A stretch of 64,000 nucleotides of DNA from Blastocystis sp. Blastoise (Eukaryota; Protista; Bigyra: Opalinata), in assembly GCA_039096225.1 (NCBI GenBank), contig JBBPEB010000015.1, forward strand, positions 1,302,001-1,366,000. Reading direction: 5' to 3'. Under the pieces are notes generated by a model, which made no database searches, was not told the origin of the DNA, and saw only the letters and a program-made list of their open reading frames with translations. Position 1 is the stretch's first letter. Each line of letters starts with the position of its first letter. Of this stretch, positions 1 through 44,074 are shown in pieces. The position numbers were made by a program, and so were the translations under genes.

Positions 1-1756
1 AACAAAGTATTTGTAATATGAAACAACAAAAATGTAGATCTTCAAATATACAGTTTTACCCGATACAAATAATACGCTCAAACTCACCCTTTTAAAAATC
101 ACGGTATTTTATTACTTATTAGGAGAAAAATGCATAATTCACACAAAATCATTTTGAATTAGAGAAGAGACCTTTTCTATTAATAATAAGGTTACTATAA
201 ATTCGGTTTCATTTTTTTTTTGTATTCTTCACTAAAGTATATCTATACTAAGTTTCATTAACAATATGGATTATGTATATCGTATTGAGATCGAATTCTA
301 TGTTTAAATATCAAATAATTAACTTGAATGGAACAATTTAACTTGTTATTCAAAGGGTTTTCATCCTTTTTTATTTGAGATTCTTGGGAAAATGTATTTC
401 AGACATAATATCGTTATTATTCACGAAAAAGAAATTCTTAAAAGAGTACAAATGTTGGACAGAATGAGTTTTGGATTGTTGTTAATTCTATAAGGTGAGT
501 TTGATAAAAGAGTTAATATTAATTAGCATGATATTAATATAGTATTTTGAATCTTAAATGGTTTATTGATGAAATTATAAGAAAAAACGAGAATTGAATT
601 CAAAAAATGCATTGTATAGTGTTTCTTATATTTGAATCGCTCATAAAATTACTTAGAATGATAAAAAAAATACAATATGAAACCATGATCTCTTGAAGTT
701 TCATCATATATATGATTGAAGTAAAATAGAATTGTGTAAAGCATCTTTATTAAACATTGAACTAATTATTATTTGAAAAAAATAAATTTAATTAAATTGA
801 ATATATCAAAAGGTTAATATAAGAATAATAAGAATGATGTTTTTGAGATGTAGTGACATCAAAGGAACCATTTAAAAATAAAAATATACATAAATAAGTA
901 ATATATACCAATCATCAGCCTAAAAGCTATTTTTGAATAATATTATAATGTAAATATTAAAAAGTATTGTTAAAACTAAGTGGACTATTTATTTTTGTCA
1001 ATAAAATGTTTTTTGCATACATAGTGACATCACACATAAACCTATATATTCCACAATGACTTTTATCTAAGAGAAACCAGTATATTGACAACAATATTTC
1101 GTATACACTTTTATTGTAACCTCATATTTCTAACCCAGTTTCAAAAAGTTATCAAACATATTTTAAGCATAAAGATCATACGACTAACAATGTTAAAAAA
1201 TAATTGTAACAAAAAAAATATGGTTTTTCATAGAATAAGAAGTATATATAAAAGAAACAATTAATACATGTATGAAGATGAAAGAATAATAACAATTTGG
1301 AGTCATTGAACAAGAATTATATATCCTACGTGTGAAAAAATCACATTAAAATCTCACTATTTGTTCTATAGATTTATTTCTATTATATACACTTGAAATC
1401 AATGATGTTACTTGATTATATACAATAAAAAAAGGGATTCAATTGATAATCAAATACCTGAATAATTAACCGTGAGAAACTTGTGATGTATCGGTCCTTT
1501 TTCTAGAAAAACAAAAGCCTTCGACTATTTTAGCCAGAAAAAAAATACTTTCTTTTTTATACAGGAAAGAGTATATTTTTTGACTTTTCTTGTGTACTGG
1601 ACAATTACTTTTTTCTTAAAGAGTGTATGTATATATCTACAAAATAGTTGTAGCAGATTATATGTATTGTTTTGAAGAGATGAGACTTTGGTTTCATTTT
1701 GAAATCAAAAAATAGTTATTCTATTTCTTATGTATATATAAATTTATAGCTCCACA

Positions 1757-6741
<4,985 letters not shown>

Positions 6742-7462
6742 ATAGATAAATATATATACATAATAGTAGTATTTATATACTTGTTCTTTTTTTGTATAAT
6801 TCTCATTTGATTTTAATTTCTATATATATTCATATGTATACATTTATTTATTTTATTCATTTATTGGTTATCATCTCTATATTATATAACTCTCAAATCC
6901 ATTATATTTCGTTTTCTTTTGTTCTTTTTATCCACTTTTTTTTTAATTATTTTTCTTTTGATAATATCTATGAATTATTTTTTTTATTGGAATGATCGGA
7001 TTTGATTTTTATATTTATTTACAAAGGAAATTTGTTTTATATTTCTATACGTATTTATATTTATGTATATATATATATCTGTATTTAATATTTCTATGTT
7101 ATTGTTTTTCATTTTAATTCTTAGAAAAATTTGTGATATTTCAATTTCTTCTATATATTATGGACTAAATACGATGAAATTGTACAATGTTTTGTTGTGT
7201 TATCTATGAAAATGTATATTTTTAAAATCACATTTATTAAGGATTTTAAAACTCTATTCAATTGTTTTTATTTAGATATTATTCTGATGCATTTTTTTGA
7301 TTTCAACAATTATTATCAAATCATTTTCAAATCTATTATTATCTTGTACTACTATATATAACATATATTCCTGTAACGGAAATAAATATATATAAAAGAT
7401 AAATCCATTAAAAAAAACATGCACAAATGTAATTCTTTCTTTTGAGCTACACAGAAAAGGTG

Positions 7463-7516
7463 CAAACAGTTCTTTGAAAGCCTCGAACTAGCTGATTCTC
7501 TTGAACGAGCTGTTTG
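7463..7516 (+). other. GC-richer inverted repeat / candidate RNA hairpin
   Basis: CAAACAGTTC pairs with GAGCTGTTTG (10 bp, one U-G), continued by TTTGAAAG/CTCTTGAA. Confidence 0.45.
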
Positions 7517-7934
7517 AAACTTTATTATGTAAAAAAAAGAGAATCCAATTCATAACATAGTAATATTGAAGGTAATCTTTATGTGAACACAAAATTACAA
7601 CTTATATGTACATTTTTATTATCTTTACAACATCCTTCACTTAAATATGAAGTAAAAAATCTAAATAGAAAAAATTTTGGAAACAAAATACAATTTGTTC
7701 TTTCCATTTTGATTATGGTTATTTATAAATCTTTAGGGTATAATAAGAAATATTCATAAATATTTCAAAGAAGAAGAAAAATCTTCGTGAGAATCTGAGG
7801 AACACTGAAAAATAAAAGAATTCTTTAGAATTCTCACTAGATAAACTGTATACTTTGGAATTAATTTGTATTTGAATATAATATATTTATATTTAGCTAT
7901 ATATTATTATTGTTATAAAAAAAATTTAGTATAA

Positions 7935-8892
7935 ATGAAACGAAGAATTGTTTCAAATCAATTAAATGAAGAAGAACGTATCCATTCAGACGATTCAACA
8001 ATTAAAGAAAATTCAACAGAGAATGAAAACAATTCGTCTCCAGAAAAGGAGACTGAAGAACGTATTGAGTTTTATACCGAAGAAGATAATGCTTTGTATC
8101 CAATTCTATGCACTCTACTTGCTGTTTCTTCGTTCTCGAGTATTTACCAATTGTGGAAAAGCCGTGGAATATGGTTAGATGAAGGTATGAAATTATTGTT
8201 ATAGATTGATGATACTATTATTAATATATATAAAGGAAGACTTGCATGGGAAATGCTTGCGAACGGTGATTTTAAAAATGTTATTTTGTTATTATGTCAT
8301 TTTTCTTCTTCTATTGTTTCGATTTATTTTATTGGTTTAATTGCATTCAAATATTTAAGATCTTATCCTAAACTAATTAATCTATTTAAGAATATTTATT
8401 GTATAATTATATTATCAGTGGCTGCCTTCTTTTCTATGAAGGATCACTGGCCCATCATTCCCTCCATTGCTCTTACCGCGCAATCTGTAGTTACTACATT
8501 AAAAATATATTCATTCTTATCAATAGTATTTCAGTCAAATAATAATAGCGTATATATATATTTATTTATTATATTATATTATATTATATATTATTTTATT
8601 ATTATTATTCTCTATAGGACTCAGATATATACCCATCATTTAAGGAATATCTTCGATTCCATTTTTCTCCTTCTCTTGTATTTATACCCAGTATGGAATA
8701 TACACATTCTGTATATATATAACATATATTATATATTCAATAAAAATAACTATCATATATATATATATATTTGTGATATATATATAGATTCGTATTAGTT
8801 ATGTAATACAAAAGTTATTTATTGTCTTCTTATGTTTACTTCGACTTTATACATCTGTTGTAGAGTATATATAGAATAATAATATATACTCA

Positions 8893-8948
<56 letters not shown>

Positions 8949-9119
8949 ATCCATTCTTTGTTAAGTACCATCAAGGAGAAATCACATTTTTAGAAATATA
9001 TATTAGTATACTACCCAGAATATATGTAGCTTTCTTTTTATTATTTGGGCTTTTATTCATGGGAATTTGTCCTTTATTCGCGGAATTGACTAGATGGCCA
9101 GACAGACGATTTTTTAGTG

Positions 9120-9185
<66 letters not shown>

Positions 9186-9736
9186 ATTCATAATGTTTTC
9201 TTTCATTATATATATTTCAATATATATATTCTTTTAATATATATATATATATACTAGTATTGGTGGACAAGCTGTAGTATATCTGAATTCAGTAGATTAT
9301 GGAATAAACCGGTTCATCAATTCTTATATACACATGTATATAAACCACTCTACAAGTATATTTATAGTTCTATCAACTCAACAATTACTCTATATATATA
9401 TTCATATATATATATATTTTTTGTCTCTCTTAATTATCATCATTAATGTAATAATATATATATCTATATATATGTAGAGATCAACATTACTCCAAGTTCT
9501 TCAGTACACTTATTACTTATGTTATTAGTGCTTTTGGACATGAATATGTACTCTTCTTCTCTACTCATGCCTTTCGACCTGTTATTTCTCTAGTTATTTT
9601 ATTAGAAACACCTCTTGATTATCTACTTCTTTTCATCATTAAGAAGTTCCCTAATTTAAAGAAAGTGATCAATGTATTATTTCACTTGGCAATCTCCTTT
9701 TTTATGTCCTTTTTCTTATTAGTTTATATAAAATAA
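7935..9736 (+). CDS. MBOAT-family sterol O-acyltransferase / DGAT1-like, 7 exons
   Basis: FAELTRWPDRRFFSYWWTSCSISEFSRLWNKPVHQFLYTHVYKP and SAFGHEY (catalytic His) match SOAT/ARE/DGAT1 motifs; several transmembrane segments. Confidence 0.88.
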
Positions 9737-9999
9737 GATGTTTCTGATGTATTTAAATCAGAATTAGTTTATTCCTGTAGTTGTAATAAGTATAAATACT
9801 TAATAATCTATTCTATTCTTCGAAATAGATATACACTATGCTTATAGTTGAAATCATTACTTATATAGTATCATATTAGTTTTGTATATGCTTATAATAA
9901 TGAAGAAACTAAATAACAATAAGAGAAAAAAGATAGCATAAATATAATAAAAAATAGTATATAGTCGAATTATTATACATAATAAAAAGAGAAAATTTT

Positions 10000-10439
10000 T
10001 TATAGATCTACATTTTTCATGAAGACTTCAATTTCATCAACTGTAAAGAAATCATAACATTTATTTGAGTTTGTATTGACAAATAGTTTATGACCTTGAA
10101 TTAAAGAATTTTCATAATTATTAGTTCCTGAAAGACTCGTATAACTATTCTTATTCATATTGCAATTATTATCAATAAATAAATCTATATATTTATTACC
10201 TTCTGAAGATCCAAAAATAGGTCCATAAAGTGATGAATGACGAATAGCGTATCGTGGATTAATCACGGGGAATTTCGTGGGAGATATAGTGTATACATTT
10301 TGTAATGTAAATAAGAAAGCATGAGTATCTTCAACTGCTTTAGCTTCTAATGAGAAGTTATGAAATAGATATATTAAAAAAGAAAGCTATTATATGTATA
10401 TGATTATATAAAGTATGTTATAAATAAATAAAATAAAAT

Positions 10440-10477
<38 letters not shown>

Positions 10478-11972
10478 GAGAGGGAGATGTCCAAGGAATG
10501 GATGTATATCCACCAAATATATTAGTAGTAGAAGTATCATATTTATTTTGAATTAAAACAATTGTTTCCCCGCGGTTATCGCAATGATTATGAAAGGATT
10601 GAGCACTAAATCCATCTCGAGTACCTCTAAAAGATATTTATAATAATAATTAAAAAATAATTATATATATATTTGTTTGATAACATTGAAAAATGATAAT
10701 AATAAAGAGAGTAAATAGAATGATAATACTAAATTTAATAAATAGAATAATAGAATAATTTAATAATAGAATAAATAGAATAAATATAATAAATAGAATA
10801 AATAGAATAAATAGAATAAATAGAATAAATAGAATAATACAATAATAGAATAATAATCTATATAAAATATACTTATATATAAGTTTCCATGATGTTTGTT
10901 TTCCATACCATTGATTTAAGATAAGACATTGGTTAGCGTTAAGTATAGTAGAATGATTAAAATATAAATGGCAGGGATCATATTGTTCCCATTCACGTGG
11001 ATTTACATGAATACCATAGAAATCGAATTCTGATTGAATTTGATCTAAATCATCAATATTTTCTTGAGATACTTTAAAGTGATCAGTATTAATATATTGA
11101 CAAATATAATCAAAGTATATATCTGATCTATTTATTATCCAATAACCATCATCAGTAATTCTCTGATTTTCATCAGAAACAATTGTTTCAAAAAATGAAT
11201 GTGGACGACATTTCTCTAATAATTTTAATTTCTCAACTACATATTTTTTCTTATTAATAAGTAGGAATAATTGAGATTGTCTATAATATTTATTACGTAA
11301 ATAATTATAACGAATAAAAGATAATTCTGAAGGAATAGGAATATTATAATATACAAAATCTTCATATATATAAACCCATTCTTCTGGTGGATATATATGA
11401 ATACGACAATCATTATCCCGTATATAATTTAATATACAATCAAAATAATGATCATCATGATCAATATAGAAAGAACCATCTTCTAATAATGAGTCTTGAT
11501 CAACTACTACTTTAGCTAGAAGAGAATCAGGATATTTAGTTATTATATCAGGAGATATATGATATTGAGATTTACCAATAGTATAGAAAAGAGTATTCGA
11601 TGTAGCTACTGTATTACAATTCTGAAAATTAGTTGATACTACTGCCTTACATACTGCAGTAACAAGTTCCTTATCTTTCAGTTCTAAAAGCTTTGATTCT
11701 TGTTGTATATTCTGATTAATTTCTATTAATTCGGTATTCATCTGACTTAATAGTTTTGGAAGTAAAACATTAATACAATCAGAATAATCCTTCAAGATTC
11801 CTGATGATTTCTGAAGAAACCCATCATGTTCTTTCTGAGTAGATACCAACAAATCATTGAAACTACTTTGAAACGAAAGAGAAATCTTATTCATTTTTTC
11901 TTTATAATCTTGAACTGCTGAACTGAACTCCAGAGACTTATTCAATAATAAACTTTGAATAGAAGACAACAT
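10000..11972 (-). CDS. Coiled-coil + two BTB/POZ (KCTD-like) + TLDc domain protein, 3 exons
   Basis: KYPDSLLAK...FYIDHDDHYFDCILNYIR and a second ...INRSDIYFDYICQYI repeat. TLDc motifs WKLIYKGTRDGFSAQSFHNHCDNRGETIVLI, IFGGYTSIPW, YGPIFG, FTVDEIEVF. Confidence 0.88.
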
Positions 11973-12916
11973 TTGCTGAGATTGAGTGCTCTTTTCTATA
12001 TATAGATATAATATAATTTGAATACATGATAATTATCGTATATTACTATCTGTTTCCATTATAAATCAACACTTATATGCTATTAATAAGAAAAAAAAAA
12101 TGAAAATATCTTCAAATCCGCTAATTATTATTGGATGAACAAAGAATTAGTGCATAGTATTTGAGTATTCTTTGTCTTTATTTTTCGTGTTATGTTGATA
12201 AAAAAGGTTAGATCTATGTTATATATACATGACTAAAATTATTTTAATACTAAAGTTATATAAAAATAACAAAAATTATTTAATAAGCAACGAATTCACT
12301 TTTTTATTCATTTATTTAATTTATTTGTGTTTTATCTAGTGATACTTATATATTAGTTCATGGAGTTAAATGCATATAAATTATCAATAAAAATAGTGGC
12401 ATTACAATAAAAGAACTCTTTCATCACAGCAAAAAACACATTTTCTTTGTTAAATACAATTATTATCCTATTAATATAAAATAGAATCTTTAAATCATGT
12501 TTCCTTTCAAAACTGATAAAAATCTTATATCTATTTTATGATAGAATTCTATGAATTTAAAGAATAAAGATTTAGAAAAGAAGTTCTTTGTTTTTTGGTC
12601 ATTTTTGGAGAAACAAAATGTATTTCCAGAAATGAAAAAGAAATTCTAAAGAAATTTGATGACGTATTTGTTTAAAAATGAATGCGAAGAATGACCAATA
12701 ATAAGTTGTGATAAATTGAATAAAAAGAAACAAAAAGAGAACTACCAATCAAATGCATTTAATGTAGTTTAATTGAAACAATAAGGTTCACATTGGAGAA
12801 AATGTACCCATTACAAGAGAATTAGGGGAAGAAAACAAATTGAGGAAAATGATTGTTCTCTTGTATTCTTTTTATATATTATTTAATATTTTATACTTTT
12901 TTTGGTTGGCATACAG

Positions 12917-14796
12917 ATGTCTGAAATCATTGCTGAAACTCCTTTCACTACTTACTTCCCTAACGTTCTTATGGATAACGATATTCCAAGACCTGAAAAG
13001 GAAACAGTTGCTATCATCGGTTCAGGTAACTGGGATGTTTGTTTTTAACGACTCTAATAATTATTTCTAATTTAATAATGAATCTAAAAACTTATTTTTA
13101 TTAAATCTTCTAGGGGTTCTGCTATTTCTATGCTTATTTCTCAAAATGTGAATAAGTACAAGGTTTTTAATAAAGAAGTTAAGATGTGGGTTTTCGAAGA
13201 ACAAATTGGTGATAGAAAATTAACTGATATTATCAACACTGAACATGAAAATGTTAAATATCCTTTCATTTTTTTAAAATAAAATTATTTATAAATATTA
13301 GTATAAAATTTCTTAATTGTTTTTAAATATTTACCTGGACATAAACTTGGTGAAAATATTATAGCTGTTCCTGATGTTGTTGATGTTGTCAAAGATGCTA
13401 CTATACTTGTTTTTGTCGTTCCTCATCAATTCTTAAGAAGATTATTAAAACAAATTAAACCTCATCTTAGACCTGATGTTTTTGCTGTTTCCCTTATTAA
13501 GGTATATTAGATGCTTATTATGTTTATTATGTTTATTATGTTTATTATATTTATTTTATATATTTATTATTATATATTTATTATGCTTATTAAATATATT
13601 TATTATTATATATATTTATTATTATATATTTATTATTATATATTCTATAGGGTTTAGATCATGATAACCAAGGTCATTTAGAGATGATTACTGATATTAT
13701 TTCTAGAGAATTAAATATTGATTGTTCTATATTATCAGGTGCTAATGTTGCTAATGGTGTTGCTAATGGTGAATTTGCTGAAGCTACTATTGGGTATATA
13801 TATAGTATTTCTACTCAATAGGATTACTAGTTCAATAATATAATATTATAATAATATAATATAATAATAATAATAATAATACTATATAGTTATTCGAATC
13901 GTGAGCATGCTGAATTAATTCAAGTTCTATTCCATACAGATAATTTCTGTACTGAATTAGTAAATGATCCCGTAGGTGTTGAATTCTGTGGTGCTCTTAA
14001 GAATATTATTGCTCTTGGTGCTGGTTTCATAGATGCTCTTGGTGAAGGAAGTAATACTAAGGTATATGTCATTATTATTATTATATATATTATTATAACA
14101 AATAATCTTTTGATTGCTATATTATTAAATATATATCTCCTCTATAGGCTGCTTTGATTCGTATTGGTTTAATGGAAATGAAGAAATTCGCTAAAATGTT
14201 CTATCATGGAGCTAGAGTAAATAATCTTCTTATCAATATAATAATAATAATAATAATATATTTATTTATTTTATTTATATATTGATTTTTTAAAATTTAT
14301 TGTCTATATGTTTAAGTTATATATAAATATATGTTTAGTCTGCTACCTTCTTCCAATCCTCTGGTGTTGCTGATCTTATTACTACCTGTTATGGTGGTAG
14401 AAACGTTAGATGCGCTGAAGCTTTTGTTAAAACTAAAAAAGTATATTATTATTATATTTATTATATTTATTATATTTATTATATTTATTATATTTATTAT
14501 ATTTATTATATTTATTATATTTATTATTATATTTATTATGTTTATTATTATTCTAGTCATGGTCTGAAATTGAAAATGAAATGTTAAATGGTCAAAAGTT
14601 ACAAGGTACTAGTACTTGTAAACAAGTTTATGATGTTCTTGTTGCTTATCAAATGGAAACTGAATTCCCATTATTCTCTATGATTTATAATATTTCTTTC
14701 AGAGGATATGAACCTAGTCTTATTATTGAAGCTTGTAGACAACATTATTCTCATTTAACTTCTAAATACTCTTACATGAAAGAAGAAGGATATTAA
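12917..14796 (+). CDS. GPD1: NAD-dependent glycerol-3-phosphate dehydrogenase, 8 exons
   Basis: [73 protein letters not shown]. Two introns need non-canonical ends. Confidence 0.95.
13258..13326 (+). other. U12-type (minor spliceosome) intron
   Basis: 5' end ATATCCTTT; branch-like TTTCTTAAT at 13309-13317, about 10 nt from the 3' end. Removal restores HENVK/YLPG; retention hits TAA. Confidence 0.8.
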
Positions 14797-15315
14797 ACGT
14801 ATTTCAATAAGTTTGTGTTATTCACATCTTGTAAACAAACAAAGTTTTGCAATTTTTTTTTTCCATTATCATCATATATATGTTTGCTTCTATTTCATTA
14901 TTATCTTGTCTTAGCGTATAGTATATTGCTTATACATATTTCCTTTTGTTTTTTGATATACTTTCTTAATATATTAAAATAAACTTTTTCTATAATCAAC
15001 ATTGTTTTTATTTTATTATCTATACATTATCTGTACAACTATATATAATATTAGAAAAATAGTCAGTAACTCTATTTTGAAATGAAAAGAATTGATTTCG
15101 ATGATTTATTCGTTTCAGTAAAAATTTCAAAATTCAGAAGAATTAATTCTCCTGAAAACGATATTAAAAAAAAACTACAATTTTTTCCATAAATATATTC
15201 ATTATTTCACTAAAAACGTATAAAACTTTCACTATTATTTTTAATGAAAAACACAATAAAAAAATTAAGTTTCTTTTGCTTAAACGTCATATTGAATATT
15301 ATTAATAATTAAAAT

Positions 15316-24278
<8,963 letters not shown>

Positions 24279-24291
24279 TCATATATAACTT

Positions 24292-24336
<45 letters not shown>

Positions 24337-25000
24337 ATTTTTCGAATAAATATTTATCATCACATAATATATATTCATTATTATCATTTCTATATCAAAT
24401 AAATATTATATCATTTTCACTTTTTATTTACATTTTTTTCTCAATTTACATTTCATAATCTCTCTTTCTATTTCAATATGTATATTATTATATGATATAT
24501 TTAATTATATATATATATATGACTATTCATATTTTTTTTAAATATATCTAATAATATTTTAAGTTTCTTTTAGATACAAAATAATTCTTCTTCTTTTTTT
24601 GTTTTTCATTACTTATAATGTTTTTTTTATTACTAAAAAAAAAAATTATTTGTTCATCATACTATTTTGTCTGTTATAATAAAACTTCATATGAAGTACA
24701 ATCATTTTAATATCTTACAATTTTAAAACAAAACAAAAAATCTATATATGGATGAAAGATTATTTTTGCGAATAAAAACACTATAGCACACAAAGAACAA
24801 AGTATTATTTTAAAAAAGTAAAAAAAAGTTAATACATAACAATATTAAGATATTAGACATTGTTCAAAATATAAAAGAATGATGGCGAATATAAAAATTT
24901 TAAAAACATAAAAGAACTACATATTCTTTTAGAATATATAGAAATAATACTAAAAAAAAAGAAAATAATAATAACATAATTTTATTTAGAATATATTATT

Positions 25001-29023
<4,023 letters not shown>

Positions 29024-31318
29024 TTCCGATTTGACAGCAAAAATAGTAATAAAAAGTGCTTTGATAAATTAAAAAAAATATATGTTTGTAAGACAAACAC
29101 TTTGTTCTTTTGGTCATATAATTGGAGGTCTTAGAACTCAAGAATTATTCCAAACAATCCACTCATTCCGCTTAAACGGTAAATCATGGTTTCTCGAGAA
29201 ATCTGTCTAAAAAATATTAAATTTTCCTTGTAAAAATGCAATCATTTATCGAAAAGTCATCATAAAATCATACATGATTACTGTACATTTCCTATCGATG
29301 ATGTATTGGAGAAACTTGTTTTCTCAAAACATTTTTTAATGACGAAATTCCCATAAATAAGTATCAATGTTTCTTTATTTATTCTAAATTTCTTCCAGAG
29401 TTCTCGGTTTCTCTTTTCTATAAGAGATGAAAGAAGCAAAGAATCATTTGGGTGGTTAGAATGAATTGTGACCCTTTATCAGTTGGTTGATTCAAAAACC
29501 ATTCATGTTTGTCACCACATGGAACTTTTCCTTCTTTTTTTCCTCAAGGTCGTTTATTGTATTCAGAATACCCTCTCTTAAGTTAAAGACCCTTAAATTG
29601 ATCTATGAGGTTCAACCTTCTATTTGATACCCTCCAAAAACTTTGTAAGAACAAAATTCACTTTTTGTAGGGTTGCACTTGTTTAAAGAATATATATTTT
29701 AGCTCATTATAACAACACAAACTAATAGGAAACTTCTATACATAAATTCTAGCATTTGCGCAATTAGAGATTTATGTTTCTTATTTCTTCAAAGGGCCCA
29801 ATTATTTTAATGATATCTGACTATCAACATTATTTTAAAATCATATACATTAGTTTTATTCATTTGTTATGAAAAGAACCTGTCATAAATTGACTGTTCC
29901 TCCTGTTATAAACTAAAGTAACTCAGCTGTATCATTTAAATGGCTTTCCAGTATTATAGCATCAATATTCATACATAAAAACCCAGAACAATTGTAGAAC
30001 AATTACTTTAAACCACATATACAGACTTCATATTCATTTCATTTGCTTGGAATCCATGTTTACAAAAGATTTTTGCTTGTATTATTAAAAAATATATTAT
30101 TCTAGAAAAATTCAACGTCAGTATGTGATTCATTTAATCAAAAATTGTGTTTTGTTTGTCTGCAAACCTTGCTAAACATTTTAATATATCTATAAAAGAG
30201 TTTTTCATGGAGAGTATCATTAAGAAAGTAACTTTTCAATGCTCAATAATATAAATAATTTGAATACAGAGTTCCATATACGTTTTAATATACAAAAACT
30301 ATTTATAAATGAATTAAAAATAAAAAATAAACTGTAGATTAAGAATGTATATTTTTCTATAAAACTTTATGAATAAATTTTTTTGATTTTTCTATATTTT
30401 TGATTTTTCTTTGATTTTCTTTACCTGTTATTTAAAAAATGGGAAGATGATATTATTTTAAAGTAAATATTGTATATGAATAAAAGAAACAATCATTTTG
30501 GTTACAAATAATAATTTGAAGAATTATTATGTTAGATGAAAGTGGCTATGAATAACTTGAATGATATTTTTGGTAGGAAGAAAAAGTGTGATTTGTGATT
30601 ATTCATATATTAATTACAAATGATCCATTTTTCATAGAATCATGTTTATTTATTGTTTTTCATCTATTCATTTAGTACTGATTCTATTTAAAATCATTTA
30701 AACAGTTTTGATAAGTAAGATAATTCATAATTATATTAAAAAAAGTATAACAAAACTAAGTGACATTAAAATTGAATGAAACATCTATGAAGATTATTGT
30801 TTGTAAATAAAGATCCCTTTGAATAGAAACATAAAAATGAGAATACATAGGATAATATATTAAATAATAAAAAAATATATATATATCTACTAAATAGTGG
30901 AAAAAAATATAAATATAAATAGCAATATACAAAAATAAAAGAAGAAATACTACTCATCAATGGATAATACAAAAGATGATAAAGTAATCCAGTGAATTAT
31001 ATTATAGAGAAAAGTCCCATATATAGAATAAAGGATAAAACTCTATAATAATTGTAAATAAATAAATATAAAATAAATAGCTACAATAAATAAATGAATA
31101 AGATAGAGAACATTTCTAAAATACATATAAAGGAATATTCATCAAACATGAAAGAGATATGTAAAAATAAATAATTATTAAAAGCGGAAAAAAGTACATA
31201 AAAATTCAAAAGAAGAAAAAAAAAAATGCTTAATATTTTATTAAGAAAACTATAGATAGAAAAGAATAGTAAAAACTAATGAATAATTGAGAAAGACATA
31301 TGAAAAATTGATGACGCG

Positions 31319-43893
<12,575 letters not shown>

Positions 43894-44074
43894 ATTTGTA
43901 GAGAATTCTTCGTAATTTGATTATTTATAGTTTTAAATTAAAAACCTAAGAACATTTAGAAACCAACTATAGATTTATATTGTATATGCATACTGATAGT
44001 GCTAATAGTACTATAAGAGTCCAGATATAATCAAGAAATCAATTACAGAAAAGAAAAACGATAACATTCAATAA

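Noticed and set aside
1-1756. Possible gene in the first 1.7 kb
   Set aside because: No ORF of 60 aa or more and no exon-like segments with the typical splice signals.
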